64,000 nucleotides of DNA, taken from assembly GCA_965153285.1 (NCBI GenBank), contig OZ229113.1. The stretch is one strand, 5' to 3'. The notes beneath the pieces are model-generated. The model did not search any database and was not told the DNA's origin. It worked only from the letters and a program-made list of their open reading frames with translations. How positions within the stretch are numbered: the first letter of the stretch is position 1; each line of letters opens with the position of its first letter. The stretch comes from Podarcis tiliguerta (lineage: Eukaryota). This document shows, piece after piece, positions 26,768 to 38,965 of the stretch. The translations under genes were made by a program, and so were the position numbers.

Positions 26768-27987
26768 GCAGCTGATTGCCCAAAATTTGGTGAATGTTGA
26801 CATTCACATGTGAACACTGACAATCCCAGATGACTTTTGTGCTTCAACATGCACCAGATAGTCACTACAGTATAAACGATTCTTTCACGATTCACATTGC
26901 ATTTGATCACAATCGTCTGCTGCCTTGGGCATTGCATGAAGTTAATCAGGTGCACTTAATGCATATTACAAGTGCAATTAGCAGTGTCAAATTTAGAGAT
27001 TCATGGGGCCCAAAAGAGAAACCACAATGGTGTTAAAATGAATTTAATGAATATACTTTAACATGTACTACCACTTTCAACAATCTACTTTGCTTAAAAC
27101 AGTATTAAAGATGATAACATTTTATCTACTTGCTTGACCATGGTTGCACATTTCAGAAGCCGTCAAAAATAGACCTTCAATAATCGGACACCACCAGATG
27201 GTAAAATTTTGCTGTGCAATTCTTTCCAAACGAAATTGAGTTCCTATCTTATTTTTTTCCTGCCCACTTTTAAATTATGAAATACCTATTTATTTTTAGA
27301 CTAGGTGGAAGCAAGTTATGAAGCCATAAAAGCTGCTTCATATGATCCACCCAAACAAAATCTGTTCACTCTGACCTAAAAATGATGAAGGGGGGAAAAC
27401 ACTATCAAGAAGGTAAACAATAAATGGGCTACATAGCTATTTCTCTGAAATGAGGTCATGCCCCCAGATTGTGTTAGTTTGGGTAAACTGATAGCCTTTT
27501 TTGTTAGGATAGTAGAATGTCTGGGTGAGGGAGAGAAGCCATGAGTTCGTCCAGCAGGGTGATGCTTAATTTATAAAGATATGTACATTTACAGGTAGCA
27601 GTCCGTGAGTCATGTTTTTTATTTAATGATAGTCACAGTTGGAATAATTAAGACATATGGAAATATAGCGATGACTTCTGCGTAGTGAGATCAGGCCTAG
27701 GGTCGTGATCCTAGCACAGTACAAATAACAGCACTTGAAGCATGACCCTCATGCGCTGTTACAAGTGCTGTCGTGTGTACATGTTTGTGGGACCCACATT
27801 GGGCCTTAAACTGACAAAGCTCATTAACCCCAGGGCTTTGGGCTGGTTGGAGAACCAGGTCTTTGACAGGTTGGAGGAGGATCGACAAAGGTGCTTCTTC
27901 CCCTTTTCCTCACAACATCTTAGTACTTTCTCTAGTCCTGCAATGCCCCAGCTTCACAGCCAACTCTCAGCATACTTGCTCCTACCA

Positions 27988-28158
27988 GTTGTTGTTGTTG
28001 TTGTTTAGTCCTTTGGTCGTGTCTGACTCTTCGTGATCCCCTGGACCAGAGCACGCCAGGCCCTCCTGTCTTCCACTGCCTCCCCCAGTTTGGTCAAACT
28101 CATGCTGGTAGCTTTGAAAACACTATCCAACCATCTCATCCTCTGTCGTCCCATTCTC
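27988..28158 (-). mobile_element. BovB (RTE clade) LINE 3' end with (CAA)n tail
   Basis: Minus-strand peptide GRQRMRWLD...MSLTKLGEAVEDRRAWRALVQGITKSQTR, typical of the BovB ORF C-terminus; (GTT)n on the plus strand. Confidence 0.9.
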
Positions 28159-28268
28159 CAACAGCCCAGCCACTGATATGCACCCACAGCCATGGAACCA
28201 AGAAGCACTTAGTATTTGTGTCCAACATGATAACATTGACAATACACACAAAATTCTGTGACATTGTC

Positions 28269-28437
28269 AGGATGTAGGAAGCTGCCGTATGAAAGTCAGG
28301 CCATTGATCCATCTAGCTCAGAATTTTCTGCACTGACTAGCTGGGTTTCCAGCTCTCCAGGCTCCCATGTCCACCCAGAGATGCCTGAGACTGATCCCGA
28401 GATCTTCCTCATATACAAAACAGTTGCTCTGCAGCTC
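28269..28437 (-). mobile_element. Degraded Squam3-like SINE
   Basis: TAGGAAGCTGCC.TAT...CCATTG.TCCATCTAG...CTCTCCAGG is complementary to the SINE at 20017. Confidence 0.55.
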
Positions 28438-30010
28438 GTTCTCGTTGTATTAGAATGAGTTTATTGCTAAAACCAAAAAATAGTTAATAAATGCGGATAC
28501 CCACAAGAAAATTGTCCAACACACCAGAACGTCCTATTATTTAGGCACAAACATTTGGGAATTTCAGATGCAGTTGCTGAAGGATAGAAGGTTATCGGCT
28601 TTAAGCTGCCTGCTTGAGATCGTGCTCCATTCTTTTAATGAGCACCTTCAGTATTTATACCTGTAAATTAACCTCAGCTAATCCTTCCTTTTCAAATCCC
28701 CTCAGAAAACGCTGCAATTTGTTCTGCGATTGGATGGCTGAATTTATTGTATCATGCTTTTGGCTGGTTTCAGGGGGAATTGTATCAAGTATCATAATGA
28801 GTTAGATACTTGCAAGATTGCATATGCTCTTGAGGGACTCCCAACCAGTTTTCATACTTAATCTGATATGTGTTTTTCTTTCCTTTCCTTTTCTTTCTTA
28901 GCAAACTGTTTTGTGCACACCAATGACAAAATTTAAGTTCTGAACTAATAAACCCTTAAGAGACCAAGTCCCTGCTAATTATAATTTTCCACTGCTTCCT
29001 TTTTGTTCCTTTGTAATCTCAGTAACAGTTTTACACCTTGTCATGCATTCAGGAACCTCCATCTGTGCAGCCTAGTGCATTTGTGAAATAAACCCATCTG
29101 TACAGCTGATTAAAAATTGGATGTAATCCATGTTTTGCCTTTGCCCTGAAAGAAACACAAAAAGCTGAAGCAGTTGTTCATATAAGGGCTGGATGTGGAA
29201 TGGAATGCGCAAGCTAATGTTAACAGGATGCCTTTTTTAATGTATTCATTTGAATTTAATAATAGTCTGAAATGAAATCAGGGGAAAATTAAGTGTGACA
29301 AGCAGGACCAATTAAAAAGGCTCCACATTTGTGTTTATGGTTGTTTTTCCTGCTGTACTTCTTGTGTTGATACGGTTTCAAGTATGAACACAACAGCCAA
29401 GGTGAATATATTCCTGATTGCCTTTTAATGTCCTGTTTTTGTTTACCGGAATTTTGCTTGCTTCTTCACTTTCTTTCCCCACTGGTAATATAATAGCTTA
29501 CACATACATGCATCTGCTTTGCTTGATGGTTTTAAGGATGACCTGCATGTGTAAGTGAAGGATCATCGATAAGTGACCTTAGACAAAGCTTTGATTTTGC
29601 CCAGGGAGACATTGGCAACTCAAACACACATTTCCCTCTGTGTAATGAATGCACACTTCAGCTGTGAGTCATCAAAGGTGCTGTATAAATTGTAATAAAT
29701 CCTACACTGTGCATGTATTAAAATAAACATGCTTCATCAGTATTCTATTCTGTTAAATGAAATATGTTTAGATTTTGCTCCTTTAGTGTTAGTCAGAATG
29801 TTTAAAGTCTAACTCATAGATAAAATGAGATACCAAGATTATTTGACTGGCAACTATGTGAAGGCATCTGGCAAACAAGCAGGAACATAGTCCTATGGGC
29901 ATTTTGACCTAGGAAACATGGTTGGAAAGCTGTGGAGAGCCTTGCATTTAATGTTTAAAGGGGGCAAGAAACCTTTGCCCATCACATCTAAACCACTGCC
30001 CACCAGCTCT

Positions 30011-30011
<1 letters not shown>

Positions 30012-30045
<34 letters not shown>

Positions 30046-30057
30046 CCATCATCATCA
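30012..30057. repeat. (ATC)n microsatellite
   Basis: Direct reading; it produces the spurious poly-His ORF. Confidence 0.95.
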
Positions 30058-30461
30058 GAGTAATTTCTCACCACTTTGGGCAGGGATATGGTTGAAGCCC
30101 ATAATTATGTGAAACAGCTTAAACTGTAGATGTAATCCACAACACACCTAAACTGCAAGGGAAGCCTCATCACAAAAATAGTTTTTCCACTGCTCCATGA
30201 GGTTAATTTTCATACAGACACTTCTCCTCCCCTCCCCCATAACAATGAGCACATATAAATTTCATAGCCTATTGGAAGCAAAGTGGCATTGGAGTCCATT
30301 ATGCCATTCAGTTCAGTTGTGATCATATGAACATTGCAAACATCAACATGCGATGGGGGGAATACATTGTCAGAATCTACCATAGATTCTGGACTGGAAA
30401 AGAAAAAACGTCTTCCTGGTTCTGAGGGTGAGAAGAACCCTCTGCCAGCAAGAATGGAATA

Positions 30462-30690
30462 CAGTAGTACCTCGGTTTATGAACTTAATCCGTTCCGGAA
30501 GTCCGTACTTAAACTGTTCTTAAACTGAGGTGCACTTTTCCTAATGAAGCCTCCTGCCACCGGTGCCCTTCCACTGTTCGGATTCTGTTCTTAGACCGAG
30601 GTAAAGTTCACAAACCGGGACACTACTTCTGGTTTTGCAGAGTTCATAAACCGAATCATTCGTAAACAGGGCTGCTCTTAAACTGAGGTT
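30462..30690 (-). mobile_element. Tc1/mariner MITE, diverged relative of family D with damaged right TIR
   Basis: TA|CAGTAGTACCTCGGTTTA start; internal TTAAACTGAGGT repeats parallel to the TTAACCTGAGGT repeats of family D. Confidence 0.75.
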
Positions 30691-30919
30691 GCAGATGGTT
30701 GCAGAGTTAAATAAATTTTGTTATTTACCATCTATGGTATATCCACAGGTTAGATATTATGAGTTTTTTACCCAGAAGTCAGAAATTGAAAAAGGTGCAC
30801 TTCTGCTGAAAGCATTTATTTAAAAAATAATACATTTTAGAGACACAAATGAGACTATGCTCATTTGAAGAAGGATTTGTCATTGGTGGTGACCCTGTGG
30901 CTCTCAGGAAGTTTAGAGT

Positions 30920-31195
30920 GATAGAGTCTTAGAATCATAGAACCATAGAGTTGGAAGGGACCTTGAGGATCATCTAGTCCAGCCTTTCTCAACCTGTGGG
31001 TCCCCAGATGTTGTTGAACTACAACTCCCAGCACCCCAAGCTAGCAAGGCCAGAGCTCAGGGATGATGGGAGTTGTAGTCCAACAACATCTGGGAACCCA
31101 CAGGTTGAGAACTCCCTGCAATACGGGAATCTTTTGTCCAACTTGGGACTCAATCCTACAACCCTGAGATTAAGAGTCTCTGAGCTACACTGAGT
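30920..31195 (-). mobile_element. Squam2-like SINE (tRNA head + CR1 tail) interrupted by a palindromic MITE
   Basis: Minus strand: GAGACTCTTAATCTCAGGGTTGTAGG...AAAAGATTCCCGTATTGCAGGG [insert] GGACTAGATGATCC...CCCTTCCAACTCTATGGTTCTATGATTCTA. Confidence 0.75.
30980..31111. mobile_element. Palindromic MITE
   Basis: Long inverted arms TTCTCAACCTGTGGGTCCCCAGATGTTGTTGAACTACAACTCCCA / TGGGAGTTGTAGTCCAACAACATCTGGGAACCCACAGGTTGAGAA. Confidence 0.8.
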
Positions 31196-31287
31196 TGTTG
31201 GACTGCAGTTCCCATCAGCCCCAGCCAGCCTGGCCAATGGTCTCTGGCGATGGAGGTTGTAGTTTAATCACACCTGGAGAGCCACAG

Positions 31288-31615
31288 TGAAATATATTCG
31301 GAGTCCTGTAGTGATGTCATGCTCTTTATTGCAGCTTGTAAAACAGTGATTGAATTGCCCCCCGAACCTCAGGCTGTTATATACATTATTTACACAATGA
31401 GTCCCATCTGATTGGCTGATTCTGCTTCCCTCCCGGAGCCTGATTGGTCTTTTCCTGCAGGCCAATCAGTTGTTGCATTCTAGGATCCTACCAGCCTAAT
31501 AGGCTGATTAACTTCCTCCTGGAGCCTGATTGGTCTTTTCCTGCAAGCCAATCAGTTGTTGCATTCTAGGATCCTACTTGCCTATTGTTCTAGGATCCAA
31601 GCTTAGTACATAACA
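31288..31615 (-). mobile_element. Solo LTR, 328 bp
   Basis: TG...CA termini; 5-bp TSD CACAG (31283-31287, 31616-31620); minus-strand AATAAA near 31325-31330; internal tandem duplication of a CCAAT-rich module. Confidence 0.88.
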
Positions 31616-31878
31616 CACAGGTTCGTGTGTTCCCCAGTGCACTGCTTAGGAGCCATTGCACAATCTATTACCTGCCATTGCTGTAGGGAGGGAGAGGGGC
31701 AGGGGGCAGAGAATCTGTGTTTGCATGCCTAGGCCTTTGTGCAAACAGATACTTGGAACAAATGGAGTGGTACTAGTGCCGCCACCCACTACATCATTAG
31801 CTACCCTGAATAACTATCTGCACATAATTAAAGGAAACACTTCCGATGCAGTGTTTACAACTGTTGTTTACAGCTGTA

Positions 31879-32093
31879 CAGTGGTACCTCGGGTTACAGA
31901 CGCTTCAGGTTAGAGACTCCGCTAACCCAGAAATAGTACCTTGGATTAAGAACTTTACCTCATGATGAGAACAGAAATCGCACAGCGGCAGTGGGAGGTC
32001 CCATTAGCTAAAGTGGTACCTCAGGTTAAGAACAGTTTCAGGTTAAGAATGGACCTCCAGAATGAATTAAGTTCTTAACCCAAGGTACCACTG
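31879..32093 (+). mobile_element. Tc1/mariner-type MITE (family D)
   Basis: TA|CAGTGGTACCTCGGGTTA...TAACCCAAGGTACCACTG|TA. Confidence 0.93.
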
Positions 32094-33792
32094 TATAGGG
32101 TTGTTCAGTTCCCTGAGCTGGCCTTGTGATTCCAACTATGGATGTGGGAAATACCCTCAAACAAGTAATTTAAATGCCCCTTTAAAATTAGTTAAATGTT
32201 TTTGCCCAAAGATAAATGGCAAAATTAGCTCCAAACTTTGCTTTAGGTGAAACCAAGTGGCATCTCTAGCTTCAGGCTAATATGGGAGGACAACGTACAA
32301 AAAGCCATCTGTTTATTTACATGGAGTTAATTTAGGGTCCAGCTGGAAAATCATCTCCGTGTCGTTAAACAAAGTGCCATAGATGAGACTTTGTCAATGT
32401 GAACACAATATTAGGATGGGGAAAGATGCTGGTAATTATACACAACAGAATTGGGGCCCACTGAGTAAAGTACAGCTGAATATGGTTAATTTTAAGTGCT
32501 TGCAGTAATAACAACAGTGCGTCACTTTGTGCATTGGGGCAGCTCCTCAAGGGATTTGTTCTGTAACCCCAGAGTTGAGCAATGCCCAGGGGCTTGGAGT
32601 TTGGCTTAGCATGATGGATGCACCTGTTTCCTACATTAAGCATGTGACTATGTTTGCATTACTTCTGTCCAGCTGTGTACATTTCTTGGTACAGTTTTGT
32701 CTGGAACATATATTAGAATGTGCTAATCCCCCATTCCTAGGATTTAAATTCAGCAATCAGTTCCTTGTCTTAAGGCACTGTCACTAGTCATCTGCTTAAA
32801 GCCATGCCATCTTCATCTTGTCTCAGTCACAGACGGTGAGTCATACAGGGAGAGCCCAGGTGAAGGTTCAGTGATTCATAGGCTGGCTGTGGCTTCTATA
32901 ATAGATTTAATATACAGAGAGCTTTCATTCCACAAGAGGTGGATGACTCAAATGCTCGGGGGAAGAGCTATACAGAAGACAATTGAAAGGATTAATTTCC
33001 AGGAATTTTGTACATAAATCCCTATTGCTTCTTTGTTTCCAAATTATCACCCTAGTTATTTTCATAGCATATTACTTTTTATTATTGCTGGAGACTGTCA
33101 CAGTCTTAACGGAGGATGTAAAACTGCGGTGTGGAAGAGATGATCGGTGCTAGTTTTGAATCACATTGACATAAAATGTTTGAGACAAATTTACTCATCA
33201 TTTGCAGTACAGTCTAATGACGCCAATAATATTGTATAGGCATAGCTGAAAAGGGAAAAATACAAACTCGCTTCTTTCCTGCAGACAAGAGGAAGCAAGG
33301 CAGGCTTGCCATCAAAAATTGAAAGGGATGACAAACAAGGTGGTACAGTATTTTTCTTTCTCCCAATCCATAACAAAACTCAGGCAGACAATTCTGTTAG
33401 TAACCAGTTTGTGTGTCTGATCTAAGCTCATTAATGCAGCAGTATATCGGCAGAAGCCCTGCTGATAGTTATTGATTCATTGGTTACTGCCTCCAGAATG
33501 TAGCCTGAAGTGCTTATAAGCCTCTGACAACCCCTGTCTTCTAAAGCAAGATACCTATAAATAGTTTCACAATTTGTTTTGCCAGGTGGAGGGGGATATC
33601 GGCAATAATTCTAGGCATATTTTGAAGATGTAAATAGAAGTTAGGGTTTTCAACAAAGCCAGCCTGTGAATTTTTACTACTGAGTTCAACCTGTAGTAGG
33701 TGTACTCCATGATGCCTTAGATATCTGGACAGCAGACATTCCTGGTGTATATATCTCTATCGGCCACACTACTTTAGTTGCACACAATAGTA

Positions 33793-34018
33793 CAGTGGTA
33801 CCTCAGGTTACATACGCTTCAGGTTACAGACTCCGCTAACCCAGAAATAGTGCTTCAGGTTAAGAACTTTGCTTCAGGATGAGAACAGAAATCGTGCTCC
33901 AGCGGCGCGGCAGCAGCAGGAGGCCCCGTTAGCTAAAGTGTTACCTCAGGTTAAGAAAAGTTTCAGGTTAAGTATGGACCTCCGGAACGAATTAAGTACT
34001 TAACCCAAGGTACCACTG
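33793..34018 (+). mobile_element. Tc1/mariner-type MITE (family D)
   Basis: TA|CAGTGGTACCTCAGGTTA...TAACCCAAGGTACCACTG|TA. Confidence 0.94.
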
Positions 34019-34382
34019 TACTCATTTGGATGAGAGGAAGAATTTGAAGTGTGATATACATTCCCAAAAGAGCAATTCATAGGAGTCAAATTATGCTTCT
34101 GGACCTTTTTTCCACTCCACAAACTAAGGGAGTAATCTTGGCATAAAGTTACACCAGCTGCAAAAGCTGTTCAGCGGTGGGATTGCTGTTGCGTCTTCCT
34201 TTTTTCAAAGGAAAAAAGCCTTTGAAATAGTGTTATGCGATGGTTTGCTAGGTCAGGGGACTGAGCTGAGCAGGCTTAGAATCCCGCCTAAGTTCCTATT
34301 CTCTGGTACTGTCCCAGCCATGCCCCATGTCACCCCTTTTTGGGGACTCACAACAGCCTTAGTGCAGCCAACTTTGCCTTTG

Positions 34383-34705
34383 CCTAAGGCTTGCCGACCA
34401 GAAGGTCGGCGGTTCGAATCCCTGTGATGGGGTGAGCTCCCATTGCTCAGTCCCAGCTCCTGCCAACCTAGCAGTTCAAAAGCATGTCAAAGTGCAAGCA
34501 GATAAATAGGTACCCCTCTGGCGGGAAGGTAAACGGCATTTCTGCGCACTGCTCTGGTTCACCAGAAGTGGCTTAGTCCTGCTGGCCACATGACCCGGAA
34601 GCTGTACGCCGGCTCCCTTGGGCAGTAAAGCGAGATGAGCACCACAACCCCAGAGTTGTCCACGACTGGACCTAATGGTCAGGGGTCCCTTTACCTTTAC
34701 CTTTA
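34383..34705 (+). mobile_element. Sauria SINE, 5'-truncated
   Basis: B box GGTTCGAATCCC, body GCTCCTGCCAACCTAGCAGTTC...GCTGGCCACATGACCCGG, (ACCTTT)n tail; matches the copy at 49248. Confidence 0.93.
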
Positions 34706-34921
34706 TCTTTGGCAGAGCTGGGATTAGAGACTTGATGTTTGCATCCAAAACTCTCCATACAAATGTAGATCTCCCCCCCCCCCCAGGGTCTAAGTAAAAC
34801 TGATAATGAATAATGTTAATGGAATGATAGACAATGGAACAATCTTGTTTTCTCCTGCTGCAGAGGGTAGGACCCACAATAATGGCTTCAAGTTACAAGG
34901 AAAGAGATTCTGACCAGAAGG

Positions 34922-35086
34922 CATAGGAGCCATCTCCTAGGGGCTGGGGTCCCTTTGAACCCCGCCATGAAATATTTGAAGGGGCCAGAGGCCACCCCCC
35001 CCCCCAGTTCGTGGGCATTGCCATTCAAATGGTGTGCATGTGCTGCACCTGTGGCCCCCCATAAGTGATTCAAGCTGGCTATTCTA
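34922..35086. mobile_element. Small hAT MITE
   Basis: 8-bp TSD CCAGAAGG (34914-34921, 35087-35094); left end CATAGGAGCCA, right TIR degenerate. Confidence 0.7.
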
Positions 35087-35100
35087 CCAGAAGGAAATTA

Positions 35101-35359
35101 CTGTATTTTTTGCTCTATAAGACTCACTTTTTCCCTCCTAAAAAGTAAGGGGAAATGTGTGTGCGTCTTATGGAGCGAATGCAGGCTGCACAGCTATCCC
35201 AGAAGCCAGAACAGCAAGAGGGATTGCTGCTTTCACTGCACAGTGATCCCTCTTGCTGTTCTGGCTTCTGAGATTCAGAATATTTTTTTTCTTGTTTTCC
35301 TCCTCCAAAAACTAGGTGCGTCATGTGGTCTGGTGCGTCTTATAGAGCAAAAAATACGG
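35101..35359. mobile_element. Tc1/mariner (pogo/Tigger-like) MITE
   Basis: TA|CTGTATTTTTTGCTCTATAAGAC...GTCTTATAGAGCAAAAAATACGG|TA; internal hairpin CAGAAGCCAGAACAGCAAGAGGGAT / ATCCCTCTTGCTGTTCTGGCTTCTG. Confidence 0.92.
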
Positions 35360-35361
35360 TA

Positions 35362-35907
35362 ACAAGCTGGAACATGCAAAGAGGGTGGCCAAGATGACAA
35401 AGGGTCTGGAAGCCGAGCCTTATGAGGGAGCTGGCTATGGAGAAGAGGAGATCTGATAGACATCTATGGGGCTGTCACATGGAAGAGGGAACAAGCTTAT
35501 TTTCTTCTGCTCTGGAGGGTAGGACTCAAACCAAGGGCTTCAAGTTACAAGAAAGGAGATTGTTACTAAATATCAGGAAGAACTTTCTGACAGGAAGAGC
35601 CAATCAGCAACAAGCACATATGTGGTAATGCTGTAATATTCAATAAAAGGGACTCTCTGAGACATGCTCGAGAGATGCCTCCCGTATGACACTTGTCACT
35701 TGTCTGTTGTTTATTTCAACCCAACAGTTCAACAGTGGAATTATTGCCCACGGGAGGTTGTGGACTCTTCTTCCTTGGAGGTTTTGAAGCAGAGGTTGGG
35801 TGGCCATCGGTCAGGGATGCTTTAGCTGAGATTCCTGCATTGCAAGGGGTTGGACTAGATGACCCTCAGGGTCCCTTCTAACTCCACAATTCTATGAATC
35901 TATGAAT
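35362..35907 (+). mobile_element. CR1 LINE 3' portion, interrupted at about 35600-35724; a short related piece lies at 34840-34912
   Basis: Peptide LFSSALEGRTQTKGFKLQERRLLLNIRKNFLT (CR1 ORF2 C-terminus); 3' end GGTCCCTTCTAACTCC and (ATTCTATG)n. Confidence 0.88.
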
Positions 35908-38789
35908 TGCATCATAGACTTTAAAAATTAAATACCAAGCTCAGGCAGGATGAGGGGGATGCTGACCTGAGAGCATGTGGGACACAAAGGTTTCCTTTCC
36001 TCCTCAAAGGGGAACTTGATAAAAAATCACTCCAACCCACCCAGCAATTACACTACAGTTATAAAAGAGGCCTTTCACTGTTGCTAGTGGGAGGTGTTCC
36101 CTGATGCTGCTACTGTAGATTAGAAGGGTACAGCATTTGAGAGGCCAGCCCCCCCCCCCTTTGCATCATCCTTTTTTCAGCTCACTGGCAAGGTATTTTA
36201 CAAAGGGCAAAGTTGGCGTCCCTGGGTCCTACCTACAGCATGAACACAACTTGGCAGCATTTTAAGTCGTTTACCAACCTATGGTTATCCACTATACTTC
36301 CAATGTATTAGCATTCTCAAAATACATATTATTTGTTTTTACCACTCTAAAATATAATACTGTATCCTGATATATGTATGCAGCAAAGGACAAGGTGGCT
36401 TGGTTAAGATTCTCTTCATTTTAACCCTAATTTGCAAGTACACTTGAACTCCTAATGTGTAGAATAAACTATAGCAGGCATATAGGTCAAGCTGTGTCTG
36501 TGTAAGGTTAGTAGCATAATTTGCAGCCAAACCATAGTTGAGAATGGACTTGGAAACCATTATCTGTAGGTATTCCTTATACAGTTGGCACTGGGTATTG
36601 AATATTGAAATTTAAAGGTGATTTTGGAAGTTTGCTCAGGCAAAATACCTGAGAAATTTTGGAGGTGATTTAAATAGCATCAATAGCTAGAAAAAGATTA
36701 TCAGGGAGGGCTTTGCAGGTCCCTAAGCCCAGTCCTCAAACTGGCTAGCAGCTAACTAAGAGGTGCATTTTAAGCCTGGTGATGGGTTGTCTGGTATAGC
36801 GATAGGAAAGTTTTTCATGATTTCAGAATTCACTGTAGCTAGTAATTTCAGGAACTTGTAATAGGAAGTTGGTATAATTTTTAAAGTGTACGTCTCCATG
36901 CAGTTTGACTCCAAAATCAAAGCATTATGCACATAACCTGTACTTGAGAATAAAATTGGTTTGTGTTGGGTGTAATCTTATTCCCCAAGGTCTAATTTTC
37001 TCAGCTGGTTCCCAATTAATCCATAGAGTTGTTAAGTCCTGTTTTAATTAGACCTCTTCCTCTAGAAGAGGAGGCTTATTCTTCATATTTCACTTTATTA
37101 TTTCCTTTACTGGAACCCTGCAGGTTGGGGAATGATACTTTAAGATCTTCTTGTTTATTTGATTGCCAATTGATGCTTAATGAAGATGTTGCTCATTACC
37201 CGGCACAATGCAATAGAAGTTCTGGCTGGGGAGGGGAACACAGACCCTCTCAGAATGAAGATTAAATGTAAATAATACTGTTGCTGATGAATTTGGTTCA
37301 AAACAGAATGCAATGATGGATCTGAGATTTCCTTTGATTGGAAGATGCTGTACAGTAACTAAAGATAACCACTGCACCATTCTAAAGATGATATAGGGAG
37401 AATTCAAGCACTTTGATGGAAGAAAAGAAAAGACAGAATACAAAGTGTGTAAACACCATGGGTGGTATCCAGCATTAATCATACTCAGACTAGGCCCATG
37501 AAAATCAATAGGCTTAAGTAACTGGATGGGGGTCACTTGCTGTTTTGCACCCAGTAAGTGCAGGTGGCTGTGAGTTGCGCTGGCAGTAGCCGAGGACATT
37601 CTAGCAGTTGAGTCAGTCCAGCCCCACTGTTGTTGCTTAATGCCATTGGACAAAAAATGAGCCAACTCCATCATGCCCCATGCTGCCTGGCTGGCTGGAG
37701 TTTGGATTGTTCTGCAATACAGTAAAGTTTTAATTTGATGGTAGAAACCCATTGGAGTGTTTGCTGCCTGAGCATCCAGGAGGAGGATGTTCCACCATCA
37801 CAGAGTCACAACAGAGGAAGTCTACTAGTGGGACAGTAAGAACTTCCACCCCCACTCCACAGGGTCCAGGATCAATCATATCCAGGGGGTGGGGGGTGGC
37901 ATTTCAATATGACAGCAACAATTCAAAACAAAAATGAGCTGAAGCCAATTTACGGTAAATCAATAAGTTTATGGGCTTAAGCCAATTAACTCTGTTGTTG
38001 AAGTGTGTGTGCTACTGAAACATTTGAAAATATTTTCATCTTCATCATCATCATCACCCCACATCCCTGTGCAAAATTTGATAGTGTGCAAGCTTTGGAG
38101 TTTTTCAGAATTCCTTGTCAAACTATATGGGTGAAGAGGATGAAAATAGTTGGCTGGGGTGGGAGGCTTGGATCCATGGTATATTTCCTTGAAAGTTTCA
38201 TATTGCACTTGAGCTGGCTAGTAGTTGAGGAAATGTTCACTCAAAGAAACAAATCCAATTTTCAAGTAGTATAAGATTTCCTTCCTCTAGTTTATCATCC
38301 CACGGTTGAAAGGCTAGGTATTCTCCCCCCAAAAAGCTGTGTTATTAATCAGAACATGTAAAATACCCCCAAAGAAATTGCATTGGCCTTATTGAAATTC
38401 TTTGAGCTTCCTTGAAATTCCTGAAAGATTTTGCCTGAACAAAAACATCATTGGGGAGGTATTGTAACTTAGAGGAATGGGTTGGAGTTAATGCATATTT
38501 TGTGGCACATTTTCAGTGCTGAACACTTCCAACTAAAAAAAACACACCTCAATCTGTATGGTTAGGAGAAGCCTCTGTTTGAGATCATGCAAAGCCATTG
38601 CCTCTCAGTGTGTATGATACTGGACTCTGCCAATGGTCTTTCTGAATATAGATTAGATTTATTTAACAGCTGCATCATCCTAAGGCTGCATCAGGCTTGG
38701 TGTAATACAACTTCATATGTTCAAATTCCCCTTAAGCTTTTGCTTTAGGAGTTAATTAGTGGTAATCCAACAAAGGAAGTACATATGTT

Positions 38790-38965
38790 TGGAGGTGGTC
38801 CCCAAAGCATGCAGGCTCTAGACCATTTAGGTCATTATTACCAGTGCTTTGAATTGGGCACTGAATCTAGCAGGCAGCAATGCAGATGAGCTGGAATAGG
38901 AACGATGTGCTCCCTGTGGCTGATCTCTCTAAGGAGACTAGCCTTAGCATTTTGCACTAGCTACA
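38790..38965 (-). mobile_element. Degraded L2 fragment
   Basis: CCATTTAGG...CCAGTGCTTTGAATTGGGC...GCATTTTGCACTAGCT parallels 7810-7960. Confidence 0.55.

Noticed and set aside
29918-30112. ORF with a poly-histidine run
   Set aside because: Produced by an (ATC)n microsatellite; no coding context.
33270-33345. Possible plus-strand exon after CTTCTTTCCTGCAG
   Set aside because: Weak donor site and no recognisable translation in the open frames.
37177-37752. 191-aa minus-strand ORF
   Set aside because: No recognisable motif, it crosses an old palindromic repeat (about 37460-37530), and there is no splice support.
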